In this document: positions 41,107 through 54,799 of the stretch, piece after piece
How positions within the stretch are numbered: the stretch's first letter is position 1
Layout of the letters: each line of letters starts with the position of its first letter
Assembly (NCBI GenBank): GCA_964016885.1
Contig: OZ024740.1
Coordinates: 393,204,001-393,268,000 of the forward strand
Length of the DNA stretch: 64,000 nt
Reading direction: 5' to 3'
Source: Eledone cirrhosa
Lineage: Eukaryota
Made by a program: the position numbers and the translations under genes
Notes under the pieces: generated by a model
Databases searched by the model: none
What the model saw: the letters and a program-made list of their open reading frames with translations, nothing else
What the model was told of the DNA's origin: nothing

Positions 41107-41389
41107 CAGTTATCGGCAACCTGCGACCTGCGAAGCTTTCTGAATGGTTCACCTAAGTTACACAAGTGAAATCTTTCTGATTTTTTTAACCCCCACTTTC
41201 CAGTTGTAATTTATCTTTCTATCATTTTTATGATCGAGGAAAATAACGGGTACAAATTCTGAAGAAACAAATCAAAACAACCTGAGTTACTGCCCTTCTT
41301 TTTAATGTGGCCACTAATTAGCGCTTGTGGCCCGCCTGATGAGCCATATCTCATGCGGCCCGCTTCTCGAAAAAGGTTGCCCATGCCTG
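41107..41389. mobile_element. hAT (Charlie/Buster-type) MITE, 283 bp
   Basis: TIRs CAGTTATCGGCAACCT / AGGTTGCCCATGCCTG and subterminal GCGGCCCGC, with a perfect 8-bp TSD ATCTATAC (41099-41106 and 41390-41397). Confidence 0.88.
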
Positions 41390-41397
41390 ATCTATAC

Positions 41398-41630
41398 CCA
41401 TATATGAGGTTAGCTGGAGATGCTCACCAACATCCAGAGTTGACACTGCACTCAGTGCTCCTGTGGGAGCCCCTGCATGGACACACTGGAAGAGGAAGAC
41501 TGAGGTTAACATATGTTGATGCCCTAAGGACAGACACTGGTCTGTTGGAGACACAGGACATGGCAGTGATAATGAGGAACAGAGACCACTGGAGAGAACT
41601 CATCCATGGATCTCGGGAATTTTACCCGCC
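41398..41630 (+). mobile_element. 3' end of a different RTE-clade LINE, adjacent to (probably interrupted by) the hAT MITE
   Basis: MRLAG...HPEL...VLLWEPLHGHTGRGRLRLTYVDALRTDTGL......M.NRDHWR, a typical RTE ORF C-terminus. Confidence 0.75.
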
Positions 41631-41804
41631 CTATATATATATATATATATATATAAAGTTTACAAAAATCATTGATATTAATTCAACGACCTCAGGCCAA
41701 CGACTCACCTGTTCAATGAATCTACAAGATTGCAGTAGTCAGACAGCATCCCGTAGTTCAGAGTGAACACATTTTAGTTAATAGCAAGTACAGATTATAT
41801 ATAT

Positions 41805-42045
41805 CATCATCATCGTTTTATGTCCATTTTTCCAAGCTAGCCATTGGTTAGACGAGTTGTGCTGTTGTGGGCAATGCCAGATCAGGTGACCATGTTTTGC
41901 TTATACAGAACTGATTTTGGCTTGATTTCTAGAGCTGAATGCCTTTCCTAATGCCAAACTCATTTACAGTGAGTACTGGGTGCTTTTTATCGTGGTGCCT
42001 ACACAACCACTTTACTGTGTGGACTGGGTGCTTTTTGTCATCACA
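41805..42045 (-). mobile_element. RTE subfamily A 3' UTR fragment in (TA)n
   Basis: Matches 26432-26680. Confidence 0.8.
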
Positions 42046-42659
42046 GCTATATATATATATATATATATCCTGCGTGAATGTGTGTATATATGTATGAAAC
42101 ACAGACATGGCATTATTACCTGACTACTGGATGAATTCTAGCCAATGTCTTTCATTTGTGTTGCAATAAAACAACGTTTCCATACAAAGATAACAAAAGA
42201 AAAAAAATGGGGACCAATCATTGCAACAAAATTGGCACCACAAGAAAAATTGAGAAAGTGTCTTAAGATGTGAAAGACATTAGCAGGCAACATAATCAGA
42301 CCGGTGAACTGTTACAAACAAAGCAACATAGCAAGCAGGAGTAGAAATTAGTTCTTGGACATTTGCAATGCAGTTTATTAATGGACTGAAAGGTTTGTAT
42401 TAAGTAGAAATGTAAAAAGATAAGTGGGGAAGGAGGAGAAGGGGGGGGGGGATTGTAGCTATTAATGCTGCTGCTGATGTATTTGTTGCTATAGTAGTAG
42501 CTGGTGATGGCGTTGATGATGATGGTGGGTTTTAACCACAGATGATTAATAAACAGTAGAGTTGAACAGAATGGGTTACCTATACATACGTAATACAAGG
42601 GTACTTTCGTGTGCACATACATACACATACACATTAGCATCCATGTATGCATACACTAG

Positions 42660-42812
42660 TCTCAATCCTATCTCCCTCTATATATATATATATATGTGTA
42701 TATATGTATATATATATATTTCTATACATATATATATAAATATACACACACACATACACAATTAGATTTTATATACATGTATACATACATATATATATAT
42801 ATATTTCTATAC

Positions 42813-42843
<31 letters not shown>

Positions 42844-43593
42844 ACTAGATTTTATATACATGTATACATACATATATATATATATTTCTATACATATATA
42901 TATATACACACACACAAACACAACTAGATTTTATATACATGTATACATACACCATCATGCATGTATACATAGAAAGCCACAGTGTAATTTAGTAAAATGT
43001 AAATCCCAAATGAAGAGGAAGCAAATGCCTATTAAACCAGCCACCATGAACAGAAAAGAACGAAAGATAAAGTTGGAGACATAAAGGCATATATATGTGT
43101 AGTGTACGTGTGGGTGTTTACCCCCACATACACATCTTTATATGTACATATGTACACATATACACATGGGCAGACACACACACATATATATATATATATA
43201 TGTATATATATGTACACAACTACATATGGGCACACACATATATGTATATATACGCATATATATATGGGCAGCCACATATATATATGTACAAATATATATA
43301 TATATATATATAGGCAGACACATACACATATATATGTACACACATATATATATATATATAGGCAGACACTTACACATATATATACAGGCAGACACCTATA
43401 CATATATAGATGTCCCCCCCCCCCCTTCCTGGATGTATACTATTTGTGTGTATATATATGTATATGTAAATATGTATGATTTTATACACACACACTAACA
43501 CACGCCTACACACACAGAGACGCATATATAGATGTGTATGTGTATATATGTAAGTATCTTTATATATATATATGTATATATATGTACACACAC

Positions 43594-43654
<61 letters not shown>

Positions 43655-43655
43655 G

Positions 43656-43687
<32 letters not shown>

Positions 43688-43924
43688 CATATACATATAC
43701 GCAAGCAGGAAAAGCGGACGTAAAGTGATGATATACACATATATATATATACATGCATGCATATATATACATACGTATATACATACATATATACATATAT
43801 ATATACATACATACATATATGTATATACATACATATATACATACATGCATATATGTATATATGTATGTATATGTATGTATGTATATACATATATACATAC
43901 ATACATATTACACACAACTGCTTC

Positions 43925-43995
<71 letters not shown>
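42660..43995. repeat. Compound microsatellite block ((TA)n, (CA)n, (TACA)n, (GA)n) with higher-order units
   Basis: Directly visible. A ~75-80-bp unit containing TTTCTATAC and TAGATTTTATATACATG occurs three times, and a GGCAGACAC-like motif recurs about six times. Confidence 0.9.
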
Positions 43996-43998
<3 letters not shown>

Positions 43999-44319
43999 GC
44001 ATTTGAAGAAATACGTCCTGGTACTAAAACTAAGTGAGTTGTCATTTGAGAATTGGACTTTTAACCATGAGTCGAGTCAAGTTGAGTCGTGCCTGACCAG
44101 CTGATCGTTACATTCCGTCTCCCCTGTTGCGAACAGTCAGTGATGCGGCACTTAGCTGAGGACCGATATCTGAACGAGGAAACGAGGATGCAGCAGAGAG
44201 TGGAAAATCTAGTCACAAATTCTATTTGGTTTATTTTATTTCATTACAATTTTTTTTTTTTGTCATTTTTATTTTCATTTTTGTACTAACGCAATTGGAT
44301 GGAAAACTCCGACACCAAC

Positions 44320-44421
44320 ACCACCACCACCACCACCCTGTCTAATAACAATAAAGATGAAAACAATGATAATAATAGTAGGAGTAATAGCAGCAGCAGT
44401 AGTAGTAATAGTAGTAGTAGT

Positions 44422-44452
<31 letters not shown>

Positions 44453-44585
44453 ATAGTAGTAGTAGTAGCAGCAGTAGTAGTAGTAATAGTAGTAGTAGTG
44501 GAAGCAGTAGTAGTAACAATAATAATAAATCAACAATGCAACAACTGTACCCATAGCAAGATGACAAGAATAACAATGCAATGAG

Positions 44586-44625
<40 letters not shown>
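44320..44625. repeat. Mixed trinucleotide repeats (ACC, AAT, AGT/AGC, then ACT)
   Basis: Directly visible. Confidence 0.9.
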
Positions 44626-44629
<4 letters not shown>

Positions 44630-45008
44630 TATGACAAGAAGCATGACAACAATAAAAACAAACAACAAATATGTGCATGCGTCTCGAACTATGTATGATT
44701 TGAAATATGCATTAGCAGATTGCGACAGATCAGCATGAATATTTGATTAATTCACAGCTGTGTGGCATTCATTACACTACAATGCAGATATACACTTATA
44801 TGTTGTTTTTATACAACTGTATGTGTCTTATTGGCTTGCTGTGTGCTTGCATTTCTGTATGTGTGCGTGTGTATGTTTCTGCTGTTTCATATATGTGTCA
44901 TTTACTCTCTAGGACTGTGTGTGTTTATGTTGTATGCATCTGAACATCACAATATTATTTCTCATAATGAATGTTGTAAACACATAGAACCAAATACACA
45001 AACACACA

Positions 45009-45056
<48 letters not shown>

Positions 45057-46093
45057 ATATATATGTGTGTGTGTGTATGTTTGTGTGTCCCATTCGTAGC
45101 AGCTGCCCCCCCCCCCCACACTCATCCCGGTGAAATGGTTGTTGATGGGAAGGGCATTCAGCTGCGGATAGCTTGCCAAATAAAGGCTTTAGAAGGCCCT
45201 TCAGTCATGTCAATAATATGACAACCTCTCCTTTGCACTTGGTGGAGCATCAACAATATATAAGCGAGACACAGATCACTGGCCTAACTGGGAGATCTGT
45301 GGCTCCGCTTCAGTACTGACTTGGACTGTGTAAACCCATCCAACCCTTGCTAGCAGGAGAAGCAGATGTTAAAACGGCGACAATGATGATGATGATATAT
45401 ATAATAAGAAAAACAATGTATTTATGTTTATATTGTATAATGACCTGTTATGTGTGTTTTGTAGAGAAATGGCTCAAGGTCACCCATGGAAGTTATGGAC
45501 TCCAGTATTGATCTGCTCATCTGACTTGTGATTCAATGAAAAATAAAGTGTTTGTATTATTATTATTAGCAGTGTTGTTGGAGCGTTGGACAACATGCTT
45601 TATGGCATAGAGTTACGCCCCTTTACGACCAAGTTAAAATCCTGCTGAGGTTAATTTTGCCTTTCATCCAGACAAGACTAATAAAATATAGTACCTGTAA
45701 TGCACTGGGGTCGATTTAAATGCCTTTCCCCTCTCCCTAAATTATTGGTCTTGTGCTGAAATCAGAAACCCTACTTCTTCACCTCCTTCAAGCAGATCCT
45801 GTCAAAAGCAACCATCTCCAACTGATCCAGCTGAATCCCCAAGCATGATCAGCTCATGGATGTTATCAAACCCTCGGTGAAATGTTGGGTATATATAAGC
45901 ATCAGCCCTATTTCTTTGCATAGATGTGTGCATATGTAAGTGTTTGACTGTATAGGCATGCCTACTCATTTGTGTATATATATATTTGTGTATGAGTGTT
46001 TATATTTGTATGTGTGTGTTTATGATTGTGGGAGTATATATATATCATCATCATCATCGTTTAACGTCCATCTTCCATGCTAGCATGGGTTAG

Positions 46094-46134
<41 letters not shown>

Positions 46135-46774
46135 GTATGTAAAAGGTAAACAGAAATAACAACACAGTTGGTACAGTATATGGAAGGAATATATTAGGTT
46201 ATCACTTGAAATAGCAGGATGGGGGTAACTTAACGTTTTGGACGCTAGTCCTTCATCAGAAAAAGGAACGGGAAATTAGAAAGATTGAAGGGACAAGCAG
46301 GGTGGAATCGGAAAAAATGTTTTTAGAGAAAAATAACAGGTCCATTCATGTTGCAATCTCTAGGAAAACTGTTGATGTATGATATATTTTTTTAGAAAAG
46401 TAGATGATGGAGCATATATATAGTAGCCGTCGGGGTCCTACTCGTTCCTATATATATATAAATGTTAAATGTGTGTTTGTGTGGGTGTGTAAGGACCAGA
46501 AGGGTCAGCCAGGCATCCACATTCAGGTATTGCCAGACAAGAAAAAAAATGTTCAAAACAAGATATGGGCCAATGGCCCCATCATCAGGGTATTGTGGAG
46601 TTTAGTACTGTGCTGCATTTGTGTCAGGCTACATCAGATGGCACAACAATAGCTGTAATAACATCTACAACAACAGCAACAACATACAAGCAGCAGTAGA
46701 GATATCTTCCACACCACCACATAAATAAATAAATTGAACAGTAATCTCAATGATATCAATAATAAAAATAATAA

Positions 46775-46965
46775 TAATTGTTTCTACTTTTGGCACAAGG
46801 CCAGCAATTACCCAGTGCATTACTGGTACTTTATTTTATTGACCCCGTAAGGATGAAAGGCAAATTAAACCTCGGCGGGATTTGAACTCAGAATGGAAAG
46901 GCGCGTAACTCTATGTGTCAAAGCATGGCGTCCGACCCTCTACTGATACCGCCCTCCACCGCCCT
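46775..46965 (-). mobile_element. Full-length Meta-like SINE
   Basis: Reverse complement of the GGCGGTGG head, B box and core. Confidence 0.85.
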
Positions 46966-47271
46966 AGACAAATAATAATAATAATAACAATAATAATGCA
47001 TACATATATATACACACATACATGTATACATACATTCATATACATACACACACATACATTATCATACATACATGCATATACATATACATATTTATATTAT
47101 AGTATATGGAGCCCAATGATCCAGCTTAAACCATTTTAATCAGATTAAGGTTAACCATCAGGCTCCCTATCCTATAATATCTACATTTTTCTTTATTTAA
47201 GTATGGCATATAAAGTTGAATAATAGTTTTAACTAATAATGCATATATGTATTTTTTATTATTGTTATCAG

Positions 47272-47880
47272 AAGGGCAGTGGATTGGCAGTATTGGTAGT
47301 GAGTCGGACACCATGCTTTCCAGCATAGTTACGTCCCTTTATGGTCTGAGTTCAAATCTCGCCGAGGTTAACTTTGCCTTTCATCCTTACGGGGTCGATC
47401 AAATAAAGTACCAGTTATGTGCCAAAAGTTGAAACAATTATTAAAGAAGCTGGAAGGGTGGTGGATTGGCAGTATCGGTAAAGCGTCAGACACCATGCTT
47501 TACAGCACAAAATTATGGCCCTTTATGGTCTGAGTTCAAATCCAATTGAGGTTAGATTTGCCATTCATCCTTACGGGGTGAATAAAATAAAGTACGAGTC
47601 ACACACTGGGGACAATTTAATTGACTTTACCCTTCCCTTCAAATTGCTGGCCTTCTGTGAAATGTAGAAACAATTATTAAAGAGGCTGCTGGAATGGGTA
47701 AAATACTTTGTGGTATTTAGTTACAAACTCTATGTTCTGAGTTAAAATGCTGCCGAGGTCAACTTTATCTTTCAACCTTCCGGGTTCAATAAAATAAAGT
47801 ATAGGTTCAGTACTGGCGTTAATATAATTGACTTTCTCATTTCCTCAAATTGCTGACCTTGTTCTAATGTTAGGAAAAAT
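47272..47880 (+). mobile_element. Head-to-tail run of three Meta-like SINEs
   Basis: Copies start near 47272, 47455 and 47690. The middle copy is flanked by AATTATTAAAGA(A/G)GCTG. Confidence 0.8.
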
Positions 47881-48003
47881 AGGCACAGGTATGGCTGTGT
47901 AGTAACAAAATTTACTTCACAAGCATGTGATTTTTAGTCCCATCCCATTTTATGTCATTTTGGGAGAGTGTCTCCTACTATAGCATTCGTGAGTAAATTT
48001 GGT
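47880..48003 (+). mobile_element. Degraded tRNA-derived SINE abutting the RTE 5' end
   Basis: GGCACAGGTATGGCTGTGTAGTAA head, GTGTCTCCTACTATAGC, GTGAGTAAATTTGGTAAAC. Confidence 0.55.
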
Positions 48004-50665
48004 AAACACAAAAGCCTTCCCTAGTGAGGAATGTACCTCCCAACATAGCTTAGTTGTCAGCGACCTCACGGTTAGAACTAGACGAACCTGGAAACAGAGG
48101 CCACCCTGGAGAAGAAAGATCTGGAAGCTGAAAGACCCCTCACCCAGTAACATTTAAAGATATTTTACTCAACGCCTACGACAATAAAGAAGAACAGATA
48201 GAGACATTCAATGTAGAAGAGCACTGGGAGTTCGTAAAAAATAACTTACTAGAGGCGACGGATGAGATCTGTGGCTGGAGTAAGACCACAAGCAGTAGGA
48301 GAGTGACTTGGTGGTGGAACAATAAGGTAGATGAGGCAGTTAAGGCCAAGAGACAGGCATGGAAAGAATGGAAGAACAGGGGAAGCAGGGTACATTACAT
48401 AGAGACCAGGAGGGAAGCTAGGCGACAAGTATACTTAGCTAGGAGGGAAGCAGACAATATAAAATTCAAGCACGTTTTGCAACGTGAGGACCAGAAACAG
48501 GAGGTGTTCAAGATTGCGAGGCAGTGTGTCAGAGAGAATTGTGATGTCATTGGAGAGAAGTGTATCCGGAATGATAAAGGTGAGCTTGCCCTCACAAGTG
48601 CTGAGAAGAAAGATGCATGGAAGAGCCATTATGATAGATTACTAAATGAGGAGAATGCATGGGTATAAGAGACTCTACCCCAAGTAGACCCTATAGAGGG
48701 GCCAGCAGTACAAGTCAGCAGCAGCATAGTAAGTAAGGCAATCAAAGATATGAAGATGGGGAAGGCAACCGGTCCATTGGGTATAGCTGCCGAGATGCTG
48801 AAGGCATCTGGGTCTGTAGGTCACACTATAACCACACGTATTGTTAACCAGGTAATACTAGAAGGTGTCATACCAAAAGATTGGTGCAGTAGCATCATTG
48901 TCAACTGCTACAAAGGTAAAGGTGATGCACTAGATAGAGGAAACTATAGAGGTATAAAGCTGATGGACCAGGTCATGAAAGTAACAGAAAGAGTTATAGC
49001 ACAGTTGATTAAGGACCGGGTGAAACTAGATGAGATGCAATTTGGGTTTGTACCAGGAAGAGGCACCACTGATGTCCTCTTCCTTGTGAGGCAGTTACAG
49101 GAAAAGTACCTAGCTAAAAGTAAGCCACTCTACCTGGAATTCGTCGGTCTCGAGAAAGCCTTTGACAGAGTTCCACGTGCTATAATCTGGTGGGCTCTTA
49201 GAAAACTAGGAGTAGATGAAAGGCTTGTGAAAACTCTACAAGCCATGTATAGGGGAGCAGTCAGCAAAGTTAGGATTAGCAATGAGTATAGCAAGGAATT
49301 TAGCGTACAGGTTGGTGTCCACCAGGCTCTGTTCTTAGCCCTCTCCTGTTCATTATAGTCCTGCAGGCAATAACGGAGGAGTTTAAGACCGGATGCCCAT
49401 GGGAACTCCTCTATGCAGATGACCATGCACTTATAGCTGAATCTATGGTAGAACTAGAGAAGAAATTTCAAACTTGGAAGCAGGGACTAGAAAGAAAGGG
49501 TCTCAAAGTCAACCTGACAAAGATTAAGGTCCTTGTAAGTAGACTAGAAAACAGAACCCAGATCCCCTCAGGGAAATGGCCTTTCTCAGTATGTAGGAAA
49601 GGTGTAGGTAGGAACTCCATTCTCTGCCCCAAATGCAAACAATGAGTACACAAGACATGTAGCGGGATCTCAGGAAGCTTAATTAAGAATGTAGGCTTCA
49701 CATGTAGCAGCTGTGCTGGGACAGCAAGCAGCAAACAGCCACAGGAAACAAGTACCACCAATCTCTGGGAGGGCTCTCTAGAAACATTAGACAGCTTCTG
49801 CTACCTAGGTGACAGAATTAGCAGCGGAGGTGGGTGTTCAGAAAGTACAATAACTAGGGTAAGAACGGGATAGAAGAAGTTCAGGGAACTACTGCCATTG
49901 CTAGCTGCAAAAGGCTTTTCCCTCAAAATGAAAGGCAGACTGTATGATGCGTGTATATGAACAGCAATGTTCCATGGTAGTGAGACCTGGGCGCTGAAGG
50001 TGGAAGACTTACGTAGATTAGAGAGAAACAAAGCCTGCATGCTCCGATGGATGTGTAATAGTAATATACGCGAACGGCAAAGCATAAATGAATTGAGAGA
50101 GAGACTGAGCATAAGAGGAATCAAATGCTGTGTGCAGGAGAGGCGGTTGCGTTGGTATGGACATGTGATGCGTATGAAGGATGACAGTTGCATAAAAAGG
50201 TGCAGAGCACTAGAAGTCATTGGAAACCGCGGAGTGGGGAGACTGAAGAAGACCTGGGATGAGGTGATAAAAGCCGACCTTACCCAATTACACCTCTCAA
50301 AGGCGATGACACACGACCGTGACCTCTGGCGTCGCGCAGTAATACAGAGTATCCGACCTCCCATGGGTACAAGTTGAAGCATATAAACAATATGCCCCCA
50401 CACCCTCCCACTGATGTCGTGGAGGTGCCACGGAAAAAAAGCACCCAGCCCACACTGTAAAGTGGATGTGTAGGCGCCACGGAAAAAAGCACCCAGCACT
50501 AACTGTAAATGAGGTTGGTGTTAGGAAGGGCATCCAGCTGTAGAAATCAAGCCAAAATCAGTTCCTGTATGAGCAAGGCATGGTCAGCCGACCAGACACT
50601 GCCCACAACAGGACAACCCGTCTAACCCATGCTAGCATGGAAGAACGGACGTAAAACGGTGATGA

Positions 50666-50668
<3 letters not shown>
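48004..50668 (+). mobile_element. Longest RTE-clade LINE copy (end of APE endonuclease, full RT with PHD-like insert, 3' UTR); inactive
   Basis: QHSLVVSD (APE end), TWWWN, KGKGDALDRGNYRGIKL, QFGFVPGRGTTD, LEKAFDRV, GVHQ, LYADD (~49410), FCYLG, WYGHV. In-frame stops (e.g. 48666, 49643, 49871) and a frameshift near 49325. (GAT)n tail runs into (TA)n. Confidence 0.96.
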
Positions 50669-50712
<44 letters not shown>

Positions 50713-51478
50713 CATATTTATAGATACATATACAAATATATATATACATATATATATATATACTTATACATATAGCTACATACATGCATATGTACATGGC
50801 CATTTTCTATGCTGGCATTGGTTGGATGGCTTGTTATGGTTCAAGACTAGATGGTCTGGAGAATCATATCTTGCTCATATATTCCATATTTTGGCATGGT
50901 TTCTACAGGTCGATGTTCTTCCCAACACCAATCACTTTGCAGAGTATACTGAATGAATTTTAGTGTGACACTAACAACTATGGAGCTTGAAAAGACCATG
51001 ATAGGTTAAAAGGGCCCTCTCTACCATATATAGTCTCAGCTTGTTTGTCAACAACTTTGCAGGGGGTATTGGATGTATTTTATCAGGGCAGCAACACAAG
51101 AGAGGTTGTTTCATCCAGTGCAAGCAAAAAGGGACCTTTTCACTTCCTGCAGTCTCCAATATCTCACCACATTTACTTTTAGCATCACACTGCTTGTTCT
51201 GCTGGGTGGGTTTTTTGTGTTATATACTCATATATATGGCTCCACTCTGGTAATCATAGTAGCATACTCGTGAGATAGATTTAGTCAATATAGCTACAAT
51301 GTTTTAGCAGAGAATACTTCTCTGATGAAGCCTAGAGAATACACACTTTACTGAAACATAGTGGTCGTGTTAGTAGAATATGAATAAATCTATCTATATA
51401 TGATATATAAGGATACAGGTATAAAGACCAATGGCACATAAGATTAGGATGAATAGAAAGAAATATGCTGTGCTTTAA

Positions 51479-51734
51479 CCCTTTAGCATTTCAACTGGCT
51501 GCATCTGGCCAGAATTCTCTCACCTTTTTGTTCAAACCTGCCCACACATACGGTATTGTTCTCAAAATAAATAATATCAAAATCTCATAGATTAGACATT
51601 ATGTAAATAATAATAATGAAATTATTGTGTACAGTGCTCAGGTGCACTACAACTTATCAAAGGTGCATGTATATTACATAGAATAATATACAAATGTCAG
51701 GAAAGTGAATAGTGTATGAGCCATTGCTAAAGGG
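51479..51734. mobile_element. piggyBac-like MITE, 256 bp
   Basis: TTAA|CCCTTTAGCA ... TGCTAAAGGG|TTAA: a perfect 10-bp TIR with a TTAA TSD. Confidence 0.82.
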
Positions 51735-52879
51735 TTAAAACAATCCTACTAATAACAGCTATTCTTCATTTTCCCCTTCCACCTCTTAGGAGACTTATCA
51801 GTTTTGACATCTGATCAACTCAATAACTCTGCATAATCAGAGTTATCCACCAATAGGTGGAAATTTTAAAAAAGCTGGTATCAACTAAAAAAAAAAAAAA
51901 AAGAAGCCAATGATGAGAATAAAGACGATGTTTCTTTTTCTATTACAACAGTGGTGATCAACATTTTCACTTTGGAGGCTGGGTTGTAATGTTTTTAACC
52001 TAGTTTCCCAACATTCGCTATACTTATATAATTATCATAGCAGAGACAACTGATAACATTTCACTTTTACACTAGTATCTTTATACACACACACACACAC
52101 ATATACTTACATACTCAACCTATCAAGCAATGTATGGTTTGTGTCTCATTTTAACATATACAATAACCTTTTGTTTCTCACCTCCTTCTCCATGTGTTTT
52201 CTTTAGGGGAGAGTGGATGTATTTTTTGTAAATCATATTGGCTAATCATAACTACAATTTTTGTTTTGGCATGTATGTATGTGTATGAGTGTTTATTTAC
52301 CAATATATGCATTATTTTTTACACACATACATACTATGCACATATAAGTATATAAATATATATGTATGTGTGCGTGTATTTGTATGTATGTGTGTGTATG
52401 TATGTATGTATACATATATGTACACCCAGGAGGGTGAGCCAAAATAACAGAAAGATACTTGACAGGATTAAAAGAAAATGCTAAAAGCAGAACAATGTTT
52501 CTTTTGCAAGAGAACAAAACCTCTTTTCCCAATTGCTGGTGGTTCAGTAAAATGACTTAACACCATAAGGGAACGAGAAGGTTATGGCCACAGCTTCTAA
52601 TTCAACTGGAATGGATATAAGAAACAAAATTATGCTAACAATGTTCAAAATTAGATCAATACTCTTAGTCATCTAACATAATTCCATTCATATCTAAGAT
52701 GGTTTCTACAAATATTAGATCAACTACAGTACTCCACTGATACTTCATTTTCTCAATACTGAAATGATGACAGACAAAATTGACCTAAGTAGTATTTGAA
52801 CACAAAGGGCCATAAATATATACAACAGGCATTTTGACCAAGGCTCTAATGATTCCAAAAGTTTACTTGTCATCATCAG

Positions 52880-53400
52880 GTATTATTTGGCCTGTTGGCC
52901 TTAAACCTTAATCAGAAACCATTATTTCGCCTCAGTAGGCTGAATGAATACCATAACAGTCTTTCTGCTACTGCTCTTATCCACCCACTGTATTTTATGA
53001 CTGTTTTATTCTTCATACTATTCAGCCATGTCATTTTTGGCTTTCTTCTCCCTCTTTCCATTCTTTCTGCTTTCTATTAATAGTCACTGTAAACGATTTT
53101 GTTTTCTAATTTAATGACCAAAATATTTTAGTTTTCTCTCTTTGCTGGTGTCTAATAAAATTTTCTTAGTCTTTGCCATTTTAAGTACTTCATTATTGGT
53201 TTTGATTTCTATCCATGATATTCTTAAAGTTTTCTATATGGCCACATCTCAAATGCCTCTCATTTATTTGATGATGCTTTTGTTAATGTTCATGTTTCAG
53301 CACCATAAACTGGACCATACATAATACTTCAATAATCGTTTTCTGGTTCTGATATTAATAGTATGCTGTATTTTATATTACTACACAGCCTAATATATGG
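52880..53400 (-). mobile_element. Degraded RTE/BovB-like LINE 3' ORF fragment
   Basis: Minus strand YGAET*TL...EAFEMW.YR..LRISW....NNEVLK...RKLKYFGH...GKRRRKPKMTW. Confidence 0.75.
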
Positions 53401-54189
53401 CCATTTTTACATGAAATGTTCCCCAATCCCTCTCAATTTAACTTACTGTTGTTAGTAGCAGCACTAATGTAAATAAAACAGGATAATGTAGCTGAGAAGT
53501 AATTTGACTAAAGTATTTCATTGATGAGCTCATTTTATGGCTAGCTGCCTCATTAACAACTAAACTTGTTACCTGCTACAGTTGATTGAAAAGGTAAAGT
53601 ATTGGAAAACAGAAATAACTCCTTTCCTTCCAAGCCTCAACCTCACATATCTGTAGTTCTTTAAACACATGTCCATTACTGCCTATAATATGGGTGGAGT
53701 AGAGGGATTAGATATATAAACAAGTAAATAAATAAAATACTGGCAAATTTATTTCTTATATGTCATACAGGTGTTGGCAGTTTTGTTTTATTAGCAACAA
53801 ATCATTCCTAGCAAAACTTTTGTTGGGTGTGGAAGGCTTTGTGAGAATCTGGTGAGAAGATCTGAACAAAAGACATACAGGTAAACTTATCTACAATAGC
53901 ACACACACACACACAGACACACGCATGCACACACACACACATGTAAGCTCCTTACACACACACGCAATTGGAAAGTAATGTCATCTTGAAATGTATTATT
54001 ATTATGTATTTGAATGTTATTCTGTTGGTGGCATTGGCAAAGGAAGTGTCAGTTGTAGTAGATAGTAATAGTGGTGGGAATATTAATAAGAGCAGAAATT
54101 GTGGCGGGTGGGTGGGGTGGGGGTGGGTGTTGAAAATATTGCTCAAAGAAACAACAGAAAAAACAATCTAAATAAATCCCATGTCAACA

Positions 54190-54400
54190 TTACTACTACT
54201 ACTACTAACATCTCCACCAGCACCAATACCACCAATACCACTAGCACCACCAGCACCAACACCACCACCACCACCACCACCACCAATACCACCAGCACCA
54301 CCAGCACCAATACCACCAGCACCACCAGCACCACCACCAATACCACTAGCACCAATACCACCAGCACAAACACCACCACCACCACCACTAACAACAACAA
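54190..54400. repeat. (ACC)n-derived degenerate trinucleotide repeat
   Basis: Directly visible; explains the poly-T, poly-P and poly-V ORFs. Confidence 0.9.
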
Positions 54401-54799
54401 TTGGATAATGTTAAATAGAAATACAGTGAGAAAATGTGGGAACAGCAGGAATCATCACAAAAGTTATAGACAATTGACGGAGACAAATTTAGTGAAGCCT
54501 AAGACCACTGGTTGTGGTCAGCTATCACACAATATCTGAATGTTCGACACTTTATCTGAGAATATAAGAGACAACACAACACAAAGTGGGGTTTACATCA
54601 AGGAAAGGAAAGGGGATATCACTACAGTAAAAACAGTAAGAATATCAAAAATAGAAATTGTAATAAACAAAGTAAACAATAACAAACGTTAACAAAGACA
54701 AGCCCCCTGTTCCCCACACACACCATAGTAGGGGATTGCACTTTAGGGTAATCTGAAAGAGAAAACCCACACAAAGCTCTGGATTACTCTGTTACCTCA

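Noticed and set aside
42860-44104. Many overlapping 60-210-aa ORFs
   Set aside because: These are stop-free dinucleotide repeats (YI, HT, ER); there is no coding signal.
44286-44678. Poly-Ser, poly-Leu and poly-Tyr ORFs; the (AGT)n/(ACT)n pair could form a hairpin
   Set aside because: Trinucleotide microsatellites are open in several frames, and complementary tracts are expected at this repeat density.
54099-54539. Thr-rich mucin-like or Pro-rich ORFs
   Set aside because: This is an (ACC)n-derived repeat with no splice or domain context.
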